Shown piece after piece: positions 12,605 to 26,933 of a stretch of 64,000 nt of DNA. The stretch is from Glycera tridactyla. Taxonomy: Eukaryota. The position numbers were made by a program, and so were the translations under genes. Location: positions 44,888,001 to 44,952,000 of the forward strand of contig OZ286475.1 in the NCBI GenBank assembly GCA_965644265.1, given 5' to 3'. The notes under the pieces are model-generated. The model had not been told where the DNA came from. It ran no database searches and worked only from the letters and a program-made list of their open reading frames with translations. Each line of letters begins with the position of its first letter. The stretch's first letter is position 1.

Positions 12605-13704
12605 AATTCATTTATATTTATGAATAGATTCATTATTTTTCTAAGGTATATATACTTTGACACGATCGGATGAGAATGGTGAAAACAATGAGAAGAAGAC
12701 AGTAGAGGCGATTGCGGTGTAGGATGGCTATCAGGCGTGTAGAATAGATCGTCCTTGTGAGTAATATGATGATGGTGACGAGAAGATATCTGTATATGCA
12801 TAGAGGCCATAAAAAACAATGTGATACTAGGCCATATAATAATGAATTTGCTATGATCTGGGACACATATATATCCTGTGTAGCTGCATAAAAGAATTGA
12901 TCAATTTTCTCATCAGAAAGAACTATAGAATAGAAATCACCGCCTTCAATGAAGAATTCGCACAATAAATCTCAAAAGGAAAGTCCACTTGTGATTCGTT
13001 CCTATTATCAGGCACTCGACAATATCATACGCCTGGGAAAAATTCAAGATCAGTAACCTTACTGGGGAGTGTGCTGATAGCCAGACAATTTATCAACTGA
13101 TCGAACAGTTCATCAGCTTGAATACTAGATATTATTCTGTCACCACAGATACCTTGACGACCGTTGCATTGGCAACAATTGTCATGGGTTTTTGTTTTTT
13201 TTCGTCAGTATCCTCAATCAAGATAATGGTACAATTATTGAATTGGCCTATAAAATCATGGAATACATATTTTAGTGTGAAATTCTACCCGAAATTTCTA
13301 ATCTCCGCCACAAAAATGGAATATATGAAAGATATATTGCCCAAATGAAAATTGTGCCACTGTTAAATTGTCAAGCTTGACTTGATGCATATATCCATCT
13401 CAAAATTGTATGAGATAATGTGGTATCTGCATTGCGGCCGCCCTTGAAAGGATAAATCTATGATGGAATCTGATTTCGTTGCTATAGCAATCAGCCTGCA
13501 TTTGACAGGTATCAATAGAGTTGTGTGTTGGCAGTTAGATCCGGATGTGACCTATGAGAAAATATATCATTGTCTGTAAATATGGAGAAATGATGGGGTA
13601 ATTTTCAGGGTATACCTAATCATGGTCATGCATATTCAAGTATCAGGGGGGAATGGCATTAACTACTCAATTGTGAAAGGATCTGGTAATAGACAATAAG
13701 GTAT

Positions 13705-14332
13705 TATAGTAAGAAATCATGGGGTGTTGTCCTGACAAGTTATACACCACGAGGTGTGTATTGTCAGTATAATTCACAAGGCCGAAGGCCGAGTGGATTA
13801 TACTGACAATACACTCCGAGTGGTGTATAGCTTGTCAGGACAACACCCCATGGTTTCTTGCTTATATACCACGATTCATCATGCTAATTGAAGGCTGTTA
13901 GCTAATCGGGATGGAATTCAGTCGATTTGTTGATCCCATTTATCCCATCATGAACCTCTTGTATGAAACATACAGAAGTTACAATGTATATTAAACATGA
14001 ACAGATAAGCCGAATGTCACTCAAAATTAGCTACAGATCTTACTGTATCCATACTGAACAGGGCAGATCATGCGAAATCCAACAATATGTTTCGTTTGGG
14101 TGTAGTCCCTAAATTCGTGACATGCAATGTAAAATTGAATGGACAATGAATCATTTTACAGGCAGTTTAGCCGCTTGCCGATCACGTCGCATGGAACGTG
14201 TCTGCAGTAGCTGAGACAATGGGAGTCACGTGACTTCGCATTGTGACGTTGCTGCAAGTACCAGTGGTCCTGACGAGTTATATTCAACCCCCCCTATATT
14301 CAACCGTAGCTAGCGCTGATCGTGGTATATAA
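13705..14332. mobile_element. Non-autonomous element with a long 5' hairpin and a second inverted-repeat pair; family not assigned
   Basis: Arms of ~68 bp (13711-13859) surround GGCCGAAGGCC (13780-13790). TTATATACCACGAT (13862-13875) is inverted at 14319-14332. Absent at the paralogous site (~47470). Confidence 0.75.
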
Positions 14333-17300
14333 CAACTTTCTTCAACAATCCTCATCTTTCTCTGGAGATATCATCACGTAAAATGCTTTATGACTGCCCC
14401 AATGATGATGTCTACTCTGCTGATTTTTCCGGGTGAATATATGAAATCTAATATTATGAAACGTTATTGAAATTCTGAGTATTGTATTTTGTAAACCACT
14501 GGCAGATGAATAGATGTACTTGCTGCCGTGTCATTATACTGGAGATATGAGATCTAAGGTACAATTACTGTGAACCCTATGCACCATTTGGTTAGTTTTC
14601 ATTCAGAGATTTTGTCAATAAAAATCGGCTCTTCTGATGATGTGTACACAAATCGCCAATCTCATCTCACTCTATAACAAAGTCTTCACAAAAAAAGCAA
14701 ATTCGGGAAAATCACTCTCCCGAAAATGAGTTGACTTCCCTGATCTTAAATGGAATGGCCCAGACAACTAGGCTATATTGCAAGAAATTCTTATAAGGAC
14801 ATGTGTTATTGAGAAGTGATATCCAACCCATCTGTATACCACCGATCCATTTTTGTGGTGGTTTGTTCCTCAGAATCGAACTAACTCTTGTGCATGTACA
14901 TGCAGAGCGATCTCATAGAGAATGCAGTGTATTGTTGGTGGATTCAAGACTGTTGTGTTCGTCTTCAAGAGGAATTCATCAGTTTCATCCACTGAATTTA
15001 CTCATTTTCATCTAGAGAGCGAAATTGTTTTTTTTTTCACATCTCCCGAGTAACAAAATACTTTTTCGGGGATTCAGGAGAGTGGCATACATGAACCCCC
15101 AACCTGCCGATGTGGGTTGCATGCCAACATAAAATGCAACTCTAATTCTCTCATTCCATCGTTGCTTTAAAATGGTCCGTTTCATTGAGGTCAATTGTGT
15201 GCAATTGTGTGCTTCCCATTGAAGGAAGCAATAATCACATTCTATGGCGGTTATTGGCAATTCCACACTGCAATCAAATCAGCCAACAGATGTGCATCGG
15301 TAGAAATCTTCGAGACCAAGGCGAAGGCCAAACATTCAGCCTTTCAAATCACGCCACCCAGTCACCCTTTAGTATTTTTATAATAGATAATCTCTATTCA
15401 GCAATGAATTGTGCAATTTGTCATCGCTCTGAAATTCAGGTCCGTGATAATATTATACTTTTCAATCCAATATATATCTGCAACCATTTCTTCTCATGCC
15501 CATAAATCATGTATATCCAAATATGGCAATGAGGTCAATGAATAAATGAAGGCTAAATTTATATACTATTCAACCAGTCTTCGTGATTCTTAAAATATTT
15601 TATTTCATATGCAGACACGACTAATTGCAATGTGATTGTATTGAATGTTCGGAGTGGGAGACACTGGCAGGAAAGTCTTTGATATCAGCCTTGTCCCACT
15701 GAACAAAAATACCAACTGAACATACTCAATTTCCATTGATTGATTAAGCTGAATGAGATATTTGACGAAACATGTCCAACAGAAGCATTGTAGAAATTCT
15801 CAGTACCGAATAGATACACCTACTTTCTATTTATGGAGTAATCCTCAATTTTCGGGATGGTTGCAGTATGTGTAGCATGAAAGCATTGTAAAATTTTTTG
15901 GCATTCACCTAATAATTCGTTAAGAATTGCCAGCGTACTATCGTCAATTGGCAATCACACATCCATTGTATTTGCACTCCATTGTCAAACGGTGTCATCA
16001 CATCACCTTTCCCTCAGAGCCTTCCCCATCGCCTCATCATATGGCCATGTGGAGTAATATGAGTACATCATTACTAATATTGCAAGCCCAGTGATACTTG
16101 AACCTGGAATTTACATTTCTGAACCGTTTATTGTCTGGACTTCTTGGAACGTGGAGCATGTCTTCTCGTCAGTACTGATTATTGTACAAGGAACTTCCCT
16201 AGCCACTCGGACGATGGAAATCTGCATGATTGCTTTTGCAAATCAGGCAAATTAGCTACTTTGCCAAGTGATGTACACCAGTACAGGAAGTAAAGTAAAT
16301 CTCTTCGGGTTTCCTCCTCATCTCTACTAAAGCCTGGATTTCTTGCTAACACTTGATGCATGTGACATTGTGAATGTTAAGTTAAGGTGTAGATATATCA
16401 CATGGTGTGTCAATGAAGGCCTCGCAATTTGAAAAAAAAATTCATAAAAGGCAACAATCCGATGTCTGGGTGACCTCCAACTCACTGTCAGAGAGGTTTT
16501 GATGAGTTCCTGAGTCAAATTGTTGATGGTCCTCATGATTAAGGAAGATTAGGGAACAGTTTTTGAATGCTTTTGCTACCTATCAGACACAATGCCGTTT
16601 TTGAGACATAAATAAAGAAAACGTCGTTCATCCACAGATTGCCTGACTCTTGAAACGAAGCCATAACATACCTTGTGAAGTAATAAGCCCGCCCCTGTGG
16701 GCTTTTACTTGTGATGATGTTTATAATAATCTTTGAAAAAAATATAATAGGAATTGCTTTTTCATACTAAAAAAAACCTTCCTGATTCCGAACATTTCCA
16801 GAAGAGTGAGTACTAGCAACACTCGACAGATATTTGTGAATATTAGCTTGCATTTGCTTATGATTTCCTCAACACTGAAAAGGTCGATTGTATTATCTTA
16901 AGAGAATCCAGCAAACTGACTACTATCAACAGGAATGAACCATTGGTTGGTTATTGATGTCACTGCTGGGAAGGAAGTAGTGCAAGTTAGTGCTTGAAGC
17001 ACCTTGATTGCTCAGCATCTCTGATGATTGTTCTCAAATGATCAATGCAAATGTTCTCGAGTAATGCTCATTCCCCATGGTTACGTAAGTAGGATAGGTT
17101 TGGTGGGTTCACTAAAAGGAGTCAATAAGTTTATCCTCTCTTATCTCCATCACATCCGTGTAAAATAATTACAACACTTTGAACAATTTCAAATACAAAA
17201 TACTCCAGTACGATACATTACATGGATAAAGAATGAATGTATATGCCTGCGGGACCACTCTAGCTTTTCATTGAACTATGATCTTTGTGTTTAGGAAGCT

Positions 17301-19404
17301 CTTCTATAGAGTTTGATCCTTGTGATGAATACAGTGGTTTCTGCTAACGAAGGCTGTTTTGAGTAACTAGTTTACCACCTAGAATAATAGACGAGATACA
17401 TAATATATCGACTCATTATTCACAGAAACTCATCAATCAGTAATGATTAACCTCGTATGAATTCTTTATGAGGGCTGATTGCGTTACTCAAAGTCATGCC
17501 ATAGTTCGAAATTTGGTCCTAATCCTAAGCATGTAAGAAGAATAGATATATTCGTAAACCATGAGAAGGAGTCCAACCCTCCTAGGTACTGCTCATCATA
17601 AATTCCTGTGAACTAGGCAACGCTGGGTTGAGTCTACAGACTATCTTGGATATCGATACGTTTATGAAACACGAAGATGGAAACATACATTCTCCCACCT
17701 GTATTTTATTGCTGGTATCAACACTCTCCTGATCCATGCCCATCTACTGGATATATCTGCATATACCTTAGTGAGTAGGTCATGCCATGGCTACCATTCT
17801 TCTCTAAAATTTCCTATGCTCTGTACATAGTCTCAACCTCTTGTTTGGCGTTTTTCTTTCCCTTATCTGGATTAGGAAGCTCTTCGCTGACTGGATACAC
17901 ACCTATTTGTAAGTATGTCCACTGAGAACAATATAGATCTCTTATCTCATCTCATCATATACCCTGTCCCCGCGATGTATTATGATCCATGTACATCTAC
18001 TGGATATGTATGTATATACCGTAATCAGTATGTCATGGCATGGTTAACATTCTTCGAAATTTATTCAGGATACCTGCAGCCAGATAAGGCCAATTCAATG
18101 AGATACAGACCCATGAGATATTGTGACTAATGTACCACCCTTTTTGTGATATATCATAGATACTTTCGACGATGTTATTCTGTGATAATTGGATTTACTT
18201 CTTTTCAAAGTCAATCGAAATGATTGAAAACGTATCAATACCATGAGCACGTGCCTTCATGTTATGAATTCTGGGAGACAATTAATGCCGAATTGATGAC
18301 ATATATAACGTCTCGTAGATCTAGGCGTGTTCGTTCAAGCATTCTGTGATGACGTCATGATCAGCAGTAACCATGGATGCTAGCAGTGATTGTGACGTGA
18401 CAGTGTTTTCATGCGATGCACTAGCATCGATCATCCAATAATGCCGTCTCTGTCATTGTTTCCATATGCGCAGCATGGTGGCCATTTCTGGCAGTTTGGG
18501 CTTCAGTTTGGAAATGATTGTTTTTGTTTCCTTCAGCCAGGTGTTGCCCGGCGACATTCCCACCTCGTGGAATCTTGTGATCATATTCGATAATCATCCG
18601 TTACTGAGGTGCTAGGAATTAGACATTACCTCAGTCACAATTCATATTACGTTTCGGGACCCTCTATAGGATGTAGTACGAACTCACCAGGTAAAAACGT
18701 TATCAATATACCAGCTGTTGACATTCTGTGTATTGATCCCACCACAATATAAATAGTGAGCAAGAAGCGAGGCGATTCTTACATGGCCCTGATTCAATAC
18801 TGGCAAGGTGGCAAATACTGACATGGTGTACATTACTATTGTGACTCGTGCTCTGTCGGTATTCCTGTCATGAGCTCAATCTTGCTCCATACAATCTTTC
18901 CAGCTTGCACATTATTCATGAATACGAGTGTCGGGTATTCTACTTCAACAGTGACATCCTCATCGTTGAACGCAGGATGCGTGTGATAATGCTGATGCTG
19001 CATGGGAGTACAAGACCCAATCAAAAAGTTGAGTTCCTGCTTACTCCCAAAACATCTGATGCATGTACCCAGATTGCTGCTATATCAATATATTGACTAA
19101 TCATTTGATCGACTGATGGATTGATTGATTGATACTTTATTTCGATAACACGTTGAACATAAGGATATATAGGTCATTTTATATATGAATTCAACACAAG
19201 TACATTGCAACACCAATGATGTGAGAAAGCATGAGTAGGTAAGTGAAGGAGATGATCGAAAAGAATACAAGGTAGATGTAACAGCAGATTTTGCTGAAAA
19301 TTTTGGTCTGCTCAACCTAGACGGACTTTTATGATAGAATCAGTGGATGAACAGTATGTGTGTGAAGATTAGCTGGCAAGAGTACAAACTTCAAGGGTAG
19401 AGAG

Positions 19405-19975
19405 CTAGAGAGAAATATGGGACGAGAAAGCGAGGGAGAGAGATAGAGGGAGAGCGAAAGAGAGGGAGGGGAGAGCTGGAGAGAAGAATTGCACGGGGAG
19501 AGAGAAGAGAAAGGGGGAGGGGAGAGGGGGAGAGAAGCTACACATGGTGTAATTACTGGAGTGCTTTGTGTAACATAGGCTGTGACTCAAGCCGGTATGA
19601 GATTCATGTATAAACACAAAGACTTTGTAGTAATTGATGTATTGTGTAATACTGGGAGCGTATGTTAGTCCATCCGACCTCTGCCATCGATCATTGCGTT
19701 TAACATGTACAACCTTGTTCGAGTAGCCTTGCTCGTCAACCAGACATGAACAATACATGCCAGCACGCATTTGGGACAGATGATGCAGATGCCCCTCTAG
19801 GTGCTCGGATTCCACTGACATCAGAGTGAAAAAAGAAGGCAGAATTGTCAATGAAATGCCACCATCTAGAAGATGCACACAAGTCCATCTATCTACCTAC
19901 CTACCTACCTATCTACCTACCTACCTACCTATAGACATACATACCTACCTACCCACCGGTCCATCTATCTATATA
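19405..19975. repeat. (GA)-rich tract (19405-19540) and (CTAC/CTAT)n tract (19885-19975)
   Basis: Direct inspection. Confidence 0.9.
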
Positions 19976-21544
19976 TCTGTCACCAAATGTTATCTATCTC
20001 TCCAACTATCTATGTATCTGTCGTGTATGGGTCCACCTGCAAATTCTCCTTACTTGACCCTCTCTTATACATAGAAGCTGAGTTTCTTGTATTTACCCAA
20101 AGTCAACTAATCTTGTTGACAACATTTGGTGGCAGATAAGCTGACTCGATATGGACATATACTGGTTGTGATAATCCCGATTGATTCTGACTCTTACCGG
20201 GAAATCACAGTTTGGGTCATTGCTAGTCAAGGTCAATCGCCACTGGTGCTCCCTGCCCTATAATCCCGAGCCTTATTGTTGCACTTAGATGAATAAATAT
20301 CGTTTGCTGCTCAATACAATTGTCTCAACAGTTACGGGTTTCGCGAAGTATATGTATTTGTCTAGTACTGCATTCACAAGCTTGATCTGCTCAGCTATTT
20401 GGTTGCGAATGAGCTTTTTCCAACCAAATGTTCAATATTACAATAAAACGTTGTATAGATCTATGTGAGCTTCATTCGAGATGCATGGCAGGAAAATCAA
20501 GCTGCACTTTGTAGATGAAGTTCGAACTTATCGGACAGTGTCTCTTGTGATATCATAAATTCTCAAACAATTGAGAATGCTTGAAAGGCTACATATTGGG
20601 ATTGAGAAAAACCATTGATGCACACAAACCTTTGGTATCCATCGAATCCATACAGATTGAATCAAGCACATATCAAAACATATTTAAAACTGCTCTACTT
20701 ATTCATTTAGTATCAGTCATGAAGTTTAAGTTTCTCATGTAGATGAACTGCTCCTTCCATTTTCTCTCTGTCTCTTCGTCGATGTGTTTATATACATGTC
20801 TCCAGGTCTTACTCCAGGCCTTTTCACTCGTCCCTCCCCTCCGTATTCCTACCTCCCTCCACAAACCACATCGGGGTGTGATGTAGATTCTTATGTAGAT
20901 ATTGCCTCAGTTATATCTATACCCTCATACTATTCACTGAGATCTCGTTCATGAAGAGAACTCGACCACTGTGCATATATCCATATTGTAATGACATGCA
21001 TGATCAAGCTTATCATACATATTTTCTCCACCTTAGAATCTCAACGGTTTGAATGTATTGCTGTGAATGTACATTTATTTGTAATACTAGGCTATAATTG
21101 TCAATTTTTATCATTTGTGTTCTGTGCTATCCTGCATAAGGATGTTATATAGCCACTCGAGGAAACATTCATTCATTACACTATGTTAAAATCGTTGATT
21201 TTTGAATAGGTATTATATAACATTCTGGGTGTAATATAGCCCCATGGGTTTGATGGCGAGCATTTTCATCTCGTACTTAGGCAATGAAAACCTTTCCTAT
21301 CCTATCTTATGATAACACATTTGCATTCGCAGCTTATTAGCATTCGCAGCCACTCATCGGCATTGGTGAGGCTGGCCACATATATTTGTCCTACTACCAT
21401 TGATCTCCATCCTCCGATAGCAATATCAGTTCACTGCAGTTAGTGAAACTGCAAATTCATTACCATGAAGGTGCATAGAACACATGACTATCCGCTGCAC
21501 AACCATTTGATTATTGTGTGACAAGCAGAGGGTCCAGTTGCCTC

Positions 21545-21678
21545 NNNNNNNNNNNNNNNNNNNNNNNNNNNNNNNNNNNNNNNNNNNNNNNNNNNNNNNN
21601 NNNNNNNNNNNNNNNNNNNNNNNNNNNNNNNNNNNNNNNNNNNNNNNNNNNNNNNNNNNNNNNNNNNNNNNNNNNNNN
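21545..21678. other. N block; others at 23438-23593, 51250-52107, 53034-53184, 58890-59039 and 63485-63821
   Basis: Several blocks are flanked by TAGA/CT simple-repeat sequence, so they are probably masked microsatellites rather than assembly gaps (inference). Confidence 0.9.
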
Positions 21679-21789
21679 CATCGTTTCTGATAGTAGACCT
21701 TCTTAGTTACCACCCTCTAGGTCCCATAACCCCATGATCCTGTTTGTTATCCCACCTGTTGTCAGAAAATATCGTACATATGCTGTTAC

Positions 21790-21897
21790 CCAGTTGTTTC
21801 CTAGTTAAGTTTTCGTCCACACTGGAAAAGCCCCATCATGTGTAATTGTGTTGTTTATGTGATAAACCGAAATAAAGTCATTCAATTCAAATTCAAT
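21790..21897 (+). mobile_element. Remnant LINE 3' end
   Basis: GGAAAAGCCCCATCATG...AAATAAAG followed by (TTCAA)-like repeats; resembles the 3' ends of LINEs B and D in this window. Confidence 0.45.
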
Positions 21898-24800
21898 ATA
21901 TCTACCTGTCTATAGATCAATTTTTTTCCTGACATGGCGGTGACTTGAAACGACTGGCGAAGATCCTTCATTTGATAGAATTTCCAGCAGGGTCACAAGA
22001 GAGTCTACACCCACATTCGCTAGACATCAATCCATCTATTCTGTTGATTAATGGATCACTTAGATAATGAGAATTCAACTGTGCTGTCTCTGTCCAAATC
22101 ATTCTCATTCCACGATGCAATACAATTCATTTGCCTGAATCCCTAATACCCCCTGAAGTTTCAGTTAGTCGAACAAACAAATCTCTCAGGCACATAAAGA
22201 TGAATATTCATAGACACACCATAACATAGTGAATTCACAGGTATAGTCACACACACATGGTCGATCCCGAAAGCTAGGTCAAATCGTTTGTCAATTAAGT
22301 GAGATTGTGTCCAGCATGCATCATCAATCCTTCACCTGCTTTGCTCAACTATCCGATGTCTCTCTGCCATCGTGCTACTCCATCACCACCATAAACTCTC
22401 CCATAATAATACTTGTTCTGACTACATGCTGTCTCCTAAAATCAGGGCAAAATAGCTGGGAAGATGCAGAAGAAAAAATCTTATTCCACCACAGATGAAA
22501 CTAACACATCAGTGGACTGCATTAACCTGTCGGCTGCCCCATTAGTAGGGCGAGCAGGTCATCTGACGGCCCATCCTAATGCCGACTGAGACTTCTATCT
22601 ATCATACCTTACATACATCATTCAGAGAGATATAGCGATGTGAAAGCAAATACATGTCACGGTCGCATAGAATTCATAGACCACGTCATCTGTTATTTGT
22701 GCTGGATTTGTCCATGATGAATGTTGATGGGGATCTATTCATATAGACATAAACCTATGTCTTGAGCCGATGGTGGTAAGAATTTGAATAACTGCGACAT
22801 GAGGGAAAATACATGCCACCTTGCGGTAGAATTTATGTAATTCAGCCCCTCGATAAGTGCTGGATTCGTAAATGACAGATGTTGATGAATATTTGCATGC
22901 GCTTATGAGGGATATGTGTTCGAATGAATATATGTATTCCTGGAAGATGCAAAGTGTATCGAGAGGTAGGAGTGATGAGACTCGGAATCATCACATTTGC
23001 CATTCATGACATCACCATGTATGGCAATGTGACGTCATCAAGCAACCATAGGCTGAGACTGCAATCTAGGGTCACCAATAGAGAAAAAGCCTGTGTCTCA
23101 AACAATTGAGTGCTCCTCCCTAAGAAGTTCAACTCTGCTGGACGGTGTCTAATCTCAAATACTTTGAATCTGTTACATAGTTGTCAGGCTCAATTGCACA
23201 TGCTTCACATATTACCATTGATCGATTCAGTTTAGAAGCGGATACTTGAAAACATCTGGGTCCCCTAAGGATGGAAATAATGATGTTTTATTCCTGGTGA
23301 ACCTTGCCGGTCATGGGTCCTTGATCGGATAGATGGAGTGAGATGATTCATAATAATATCCGTTAGGATTTTCAACCCCAATTATGTTGGCAGGTTGGAT
23401 GACTTTGAAATGGAAAAACCGTTAAAAGCATATAGACNNNNNNNNNNNNNNNNNNNNNNNNNNNNNNNNNNNNNNNNNNNNNNNNNNNNNNNNNNNNNNN
23501 NNNNNNNNNNNNNNNNNNNNNNNNNNNNNNNNNNNNNNNNNNNNNNNNNNNNNNNNNNNNNNNNNNNNNNNNNNNNNNNNNNNNNNNNNNNNNAGTTATC
23601 AAGATTAAGAAAAAGGTAGATGAATAGATAGATACGTAAGATCGAAGGTATATAGGTATGCAAACTGGTGAAGAGAGAGGCAGGGTCTAACAACAATGGA
23701 AGCTCCTCTGATTGAAATTGACAGTGCATCTATACATCTTGGATGTGATTTGTCATTAGCTTTGTTGGGCTACATTCACTGACGAAGCCAGAGATGTAAA
23801 GGAGCAGAGCCTGTCTACTCTGTCATTACAGGTTTGGAATCATCCACTTCCCGATGGTATCTATGTGTAGTACAACCTCCCATGCTTCCTCTTTCTCTAG
23901 AGGCAATTAAGCGAATGGGATCCATGGTTCTTTTTTCCATCATCCTGAAGAGAGGCAAACTCATTAAGTAGGGCTAAAATGATTACAACAATGATAAGAT
24001 TAAAATTCATTCAGAAGGAATTCTCATGTCATCAATGCAATCCATGGTATACTCAAACCTAATCATTTGAGTGGAGTTTCCGAAAGCTGTCCAAGTATAG
24101 TTGCCAGGGCAACCATGCTGACCAGGAATTTTCCCCTGAAATTGCAAATTTTGGTTCAGCTTGGAGGTCTCCATCAGGACATGCTAGGGGCTACTGAGAT
24201 GTCTGACGATTTTCCATGATATTCTGGGAAATTGAGTATTCTCAATATCTGTGGGCGTTTGTCATTGAATATTTTGAGAACAACATGAGATAATTCTCCA
24301 ATTTGTTGGTTGCTATGTTACCCATAACCATGAATACAGATGATAGAACTGACTCTTGTGGAAGCCCAGTCATCTAAATATATACCTATTTCATCGAACC
24401 TAGGACCAAACATAAGAATATTAAGCAAGTGGCATTGCCTGTTATTCATGCACCTGAAAAATTGCATAATTGGCATGACTAATCAACTCAAGTGTGAGAT
24501 TTCCGCCCAGAGTGCAATGAGTGATGATATCATACACTTGAGCTTTCAGGTTGAGGGATCCCTTGCATGTGATATCATAGTTCATACCACTCTATTTTGG
24601 GATCCTTGCTATATTGCTAACTACAAATCAAAGGATACCCATGAGATGTACTATTGGTACCTTGTCACATCAGAAAAATTGGGTGATAAATGAGCCCGAT
24701 TGGTAGACATTTATGTGATGCCCTGACTATTGCCAAGATAAGAAATTCGATTTTGAGTGAAGGAAAGATTTGCCGGGAAATATAGTGGTGTATGGCTGGG

Positions 24801-25044
24801 GTATTGGCCAAGACAAATTGCTTTAGAAGTAATTCTCAAGTTTGAATTCTGACCGTCCAGGTAGATGAAAATTATCTGTGAAGTAACCGGAGCACATCGC
24901 CCCATCTGAAGAGGGCTATGCCAGATCTGCCGAAAACGTTTGTGGTTACAGCTCTGTTTACACAGTAATGTACTGGACACAATCAATGGGAATTTCGGGA
25001 GTCTAAATAGACTTCAGTTTGTGAGTGGTATTCTTCACTTGAAC

Positions 25045-25160
25045 TAATAATGATAATGATTATGAAAAAAAAATAATAATAATCAAAAGAAGAAGAAGAG
25101 GAAGAAGAAAAATCGTTTTATATAGCGCCATATCCATAGCATATTCAAAGGCGCTTCACA
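25045..25160 (-). mobile_element. L2-type LINE/SINE 3' tail remnant with a simple-repeat tail
   Basis: Minus strand TGTGAAGCGCCTTTGAA...TGGCGCTATAT followed by (TTC/TTA)n; a second copy is at 28421-28462. Confidence 0.55.
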
Positions 25161-26554
25161 CGTAATACATGCAAGTCTATAAGACACCACGATGAAATAT
25201 AATCACCATTATCGGAGAATGAACTGAGTTGAACTCATTCATTTTCATGATGCATTTCACAAACATGACTGATCCGATCTCTCCCCGAGATGAGAAGCTC
25301 GATCTCAATTGCTCAGGATGGGTATTTCATCTTAACAGGACATGAAGTTTGCGCAGGGAACAGAGTAACGTTAGTTAATGGAATGCATCATATTGATGAC
25401 TATATATTTTCTGTATGCATATCTCTGACGGTCCTCTTTATCAAAGTTTGATACTGCATATATTCGTTTTTTGGGGTCTTCAGCCCTAAAATATATCAGA
25501 TTGGAAGGCTTTTTCATGACATGTATGTATACACATATGTACAGAATGGCCCCAAACTGGCTCAAAAAATGGTTTCTGGAAGTCCGCATTTATTGATCCG
25601 TAATTGATATCTATTGAAATCCATTTTAGCATCTGATTAAGTTTAGATAAGCCTTCCACTTCAAGAGGCAAATGGTAGTCAATACATCAAATGACATCAC
25701 CATCTGCGACGTGCGTTAAGGCAGTGTCCCTGCGGGAGAGAAAAGTGGCTTTAGACTACCGATTTGTTGTGTCATTTGTGACATGACTGGCTTTAGCCGA
25801 CGCTGAATTAGCCAGGCCAATCTGTCTTTATCTCTTCTGAGATTGCATGTAGGTAACATCCAAAACACAGCGTGAAATCGAATTTGTCGACGTGGTAACA
25901 ATGTGATAAATTTGATGGTGCCAGTGGAGGAGTATGGCTTTCTAGCGGATGTAGTGGTTGTGCCAAATATGATGGTTTTGGAATAATTTATGCTGGGTTT
26001 TTTGGAGGTGACAAATATCATGAATCTGAACTGAGCCCGATCCAATTGTGTACTGCCTACCTTGTGAAAGTTATGGAATGTCGCCCATCTGATTCTGGTG
26101 TATGATGGGAGGGTTTGGATGAGATGAGGTTTGGTTCTCTTCTCGTCAGTAACAAATCGGGCTATATTGAGACGCCCAACCAGGCAAAATGATGCATGGA
26201 TTGTGAATAGCTATACAGTAAATTCATGTTGGGTTGGATTGTTGAAGTTCCCTGGCCCCTGTGAATACCGGATGAGATCGAAGATATATTTCTGTCCATC
26301 AACGGAGTCTACCTCAAAGTGTCATCATCAGTATGTGGCAACATCCACTTTCTTTCCTCTGTCATAGAAACGAGAACAGTTAGTCAAACATGAACCATTT
26401 GTCTGATGAAATACTTTCACCCTAGAATCACCGGTAGTTCATGCGTCTCCCTTCGCTGACCGTTACCATCACCCAGTCACCCTTTATGTGTATAAAGAGT
26501 TAGTTTGCACCCTACCCTTCCTCATCTGAATTGTTGAAGCGTCATATATCGGAG

Positions 26555-26733
26555 GCCTGCCTTGGTAGCTCAGTGGTAGCATGCTGGGCCGGCATGCAAT
26601 GGGTCTAGGGTTCAATCCCCGGTCCTACCATGCAGAAATGTTTCACCCTTCATCTTCGCTCCTCTTTGGCAGGTGGTCTGATTTAGCCTACTCAAGTGCA
26701 GAAAGTAGGCCTAAAACCTTAACATTTCTTTTT
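26555..26733 (+). mobile_element. tRNA-derived SINE, short (internally deleted) form, 179 bp
   Basis: A box TAGCTCAGTGGTAG and B box GGTTCAATCCC; same body and tail as 5422-5833. 13-bp TSD TCATATATCGGAG at 26542-26554 and 26734-26746. Confidence 0.9.
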
Positions 26734-26933
26734 TCATATATCGGAGTATGTTTTTGATGTTTTTGATGAGTTCAAATAAAGTTTCTCAATTAATGCACAA
26801 GTTGCGTATGAAGAGATGTCTCCTCTGCGCTCTCACTCGAATATAATTCGTATCGACAGTATAGGTGCATTGTGGTGCTGATTGTGTATGAGGGTGGTCG
26901 TGGTCTTTCGAGCGAAGACGACGGTGTACGTGG

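Noticed and set aside
14636-14665. Second hammerhead (CTGATGA-TGTG-TA-CACA)
   Set aside because: No GAAA box, and the paralogue at ~47775 lacks the core.
18700-18900. Adhesion-GPCR-like (IASLLAHYFF) and tetraspanin-like (CCG at ~47271, YQTGCL at ~27890) peptide resemblances
   Set aside because: Matches are short, flanking motifs are absent, and frames are interrupted by stops.
5745-26610. tRNA genes at ~5760-5830 and ~26565-26610
   Set aside because: No acceptor stem; both continue into a shared body and tail and have TSDs, so they are SINE heads.
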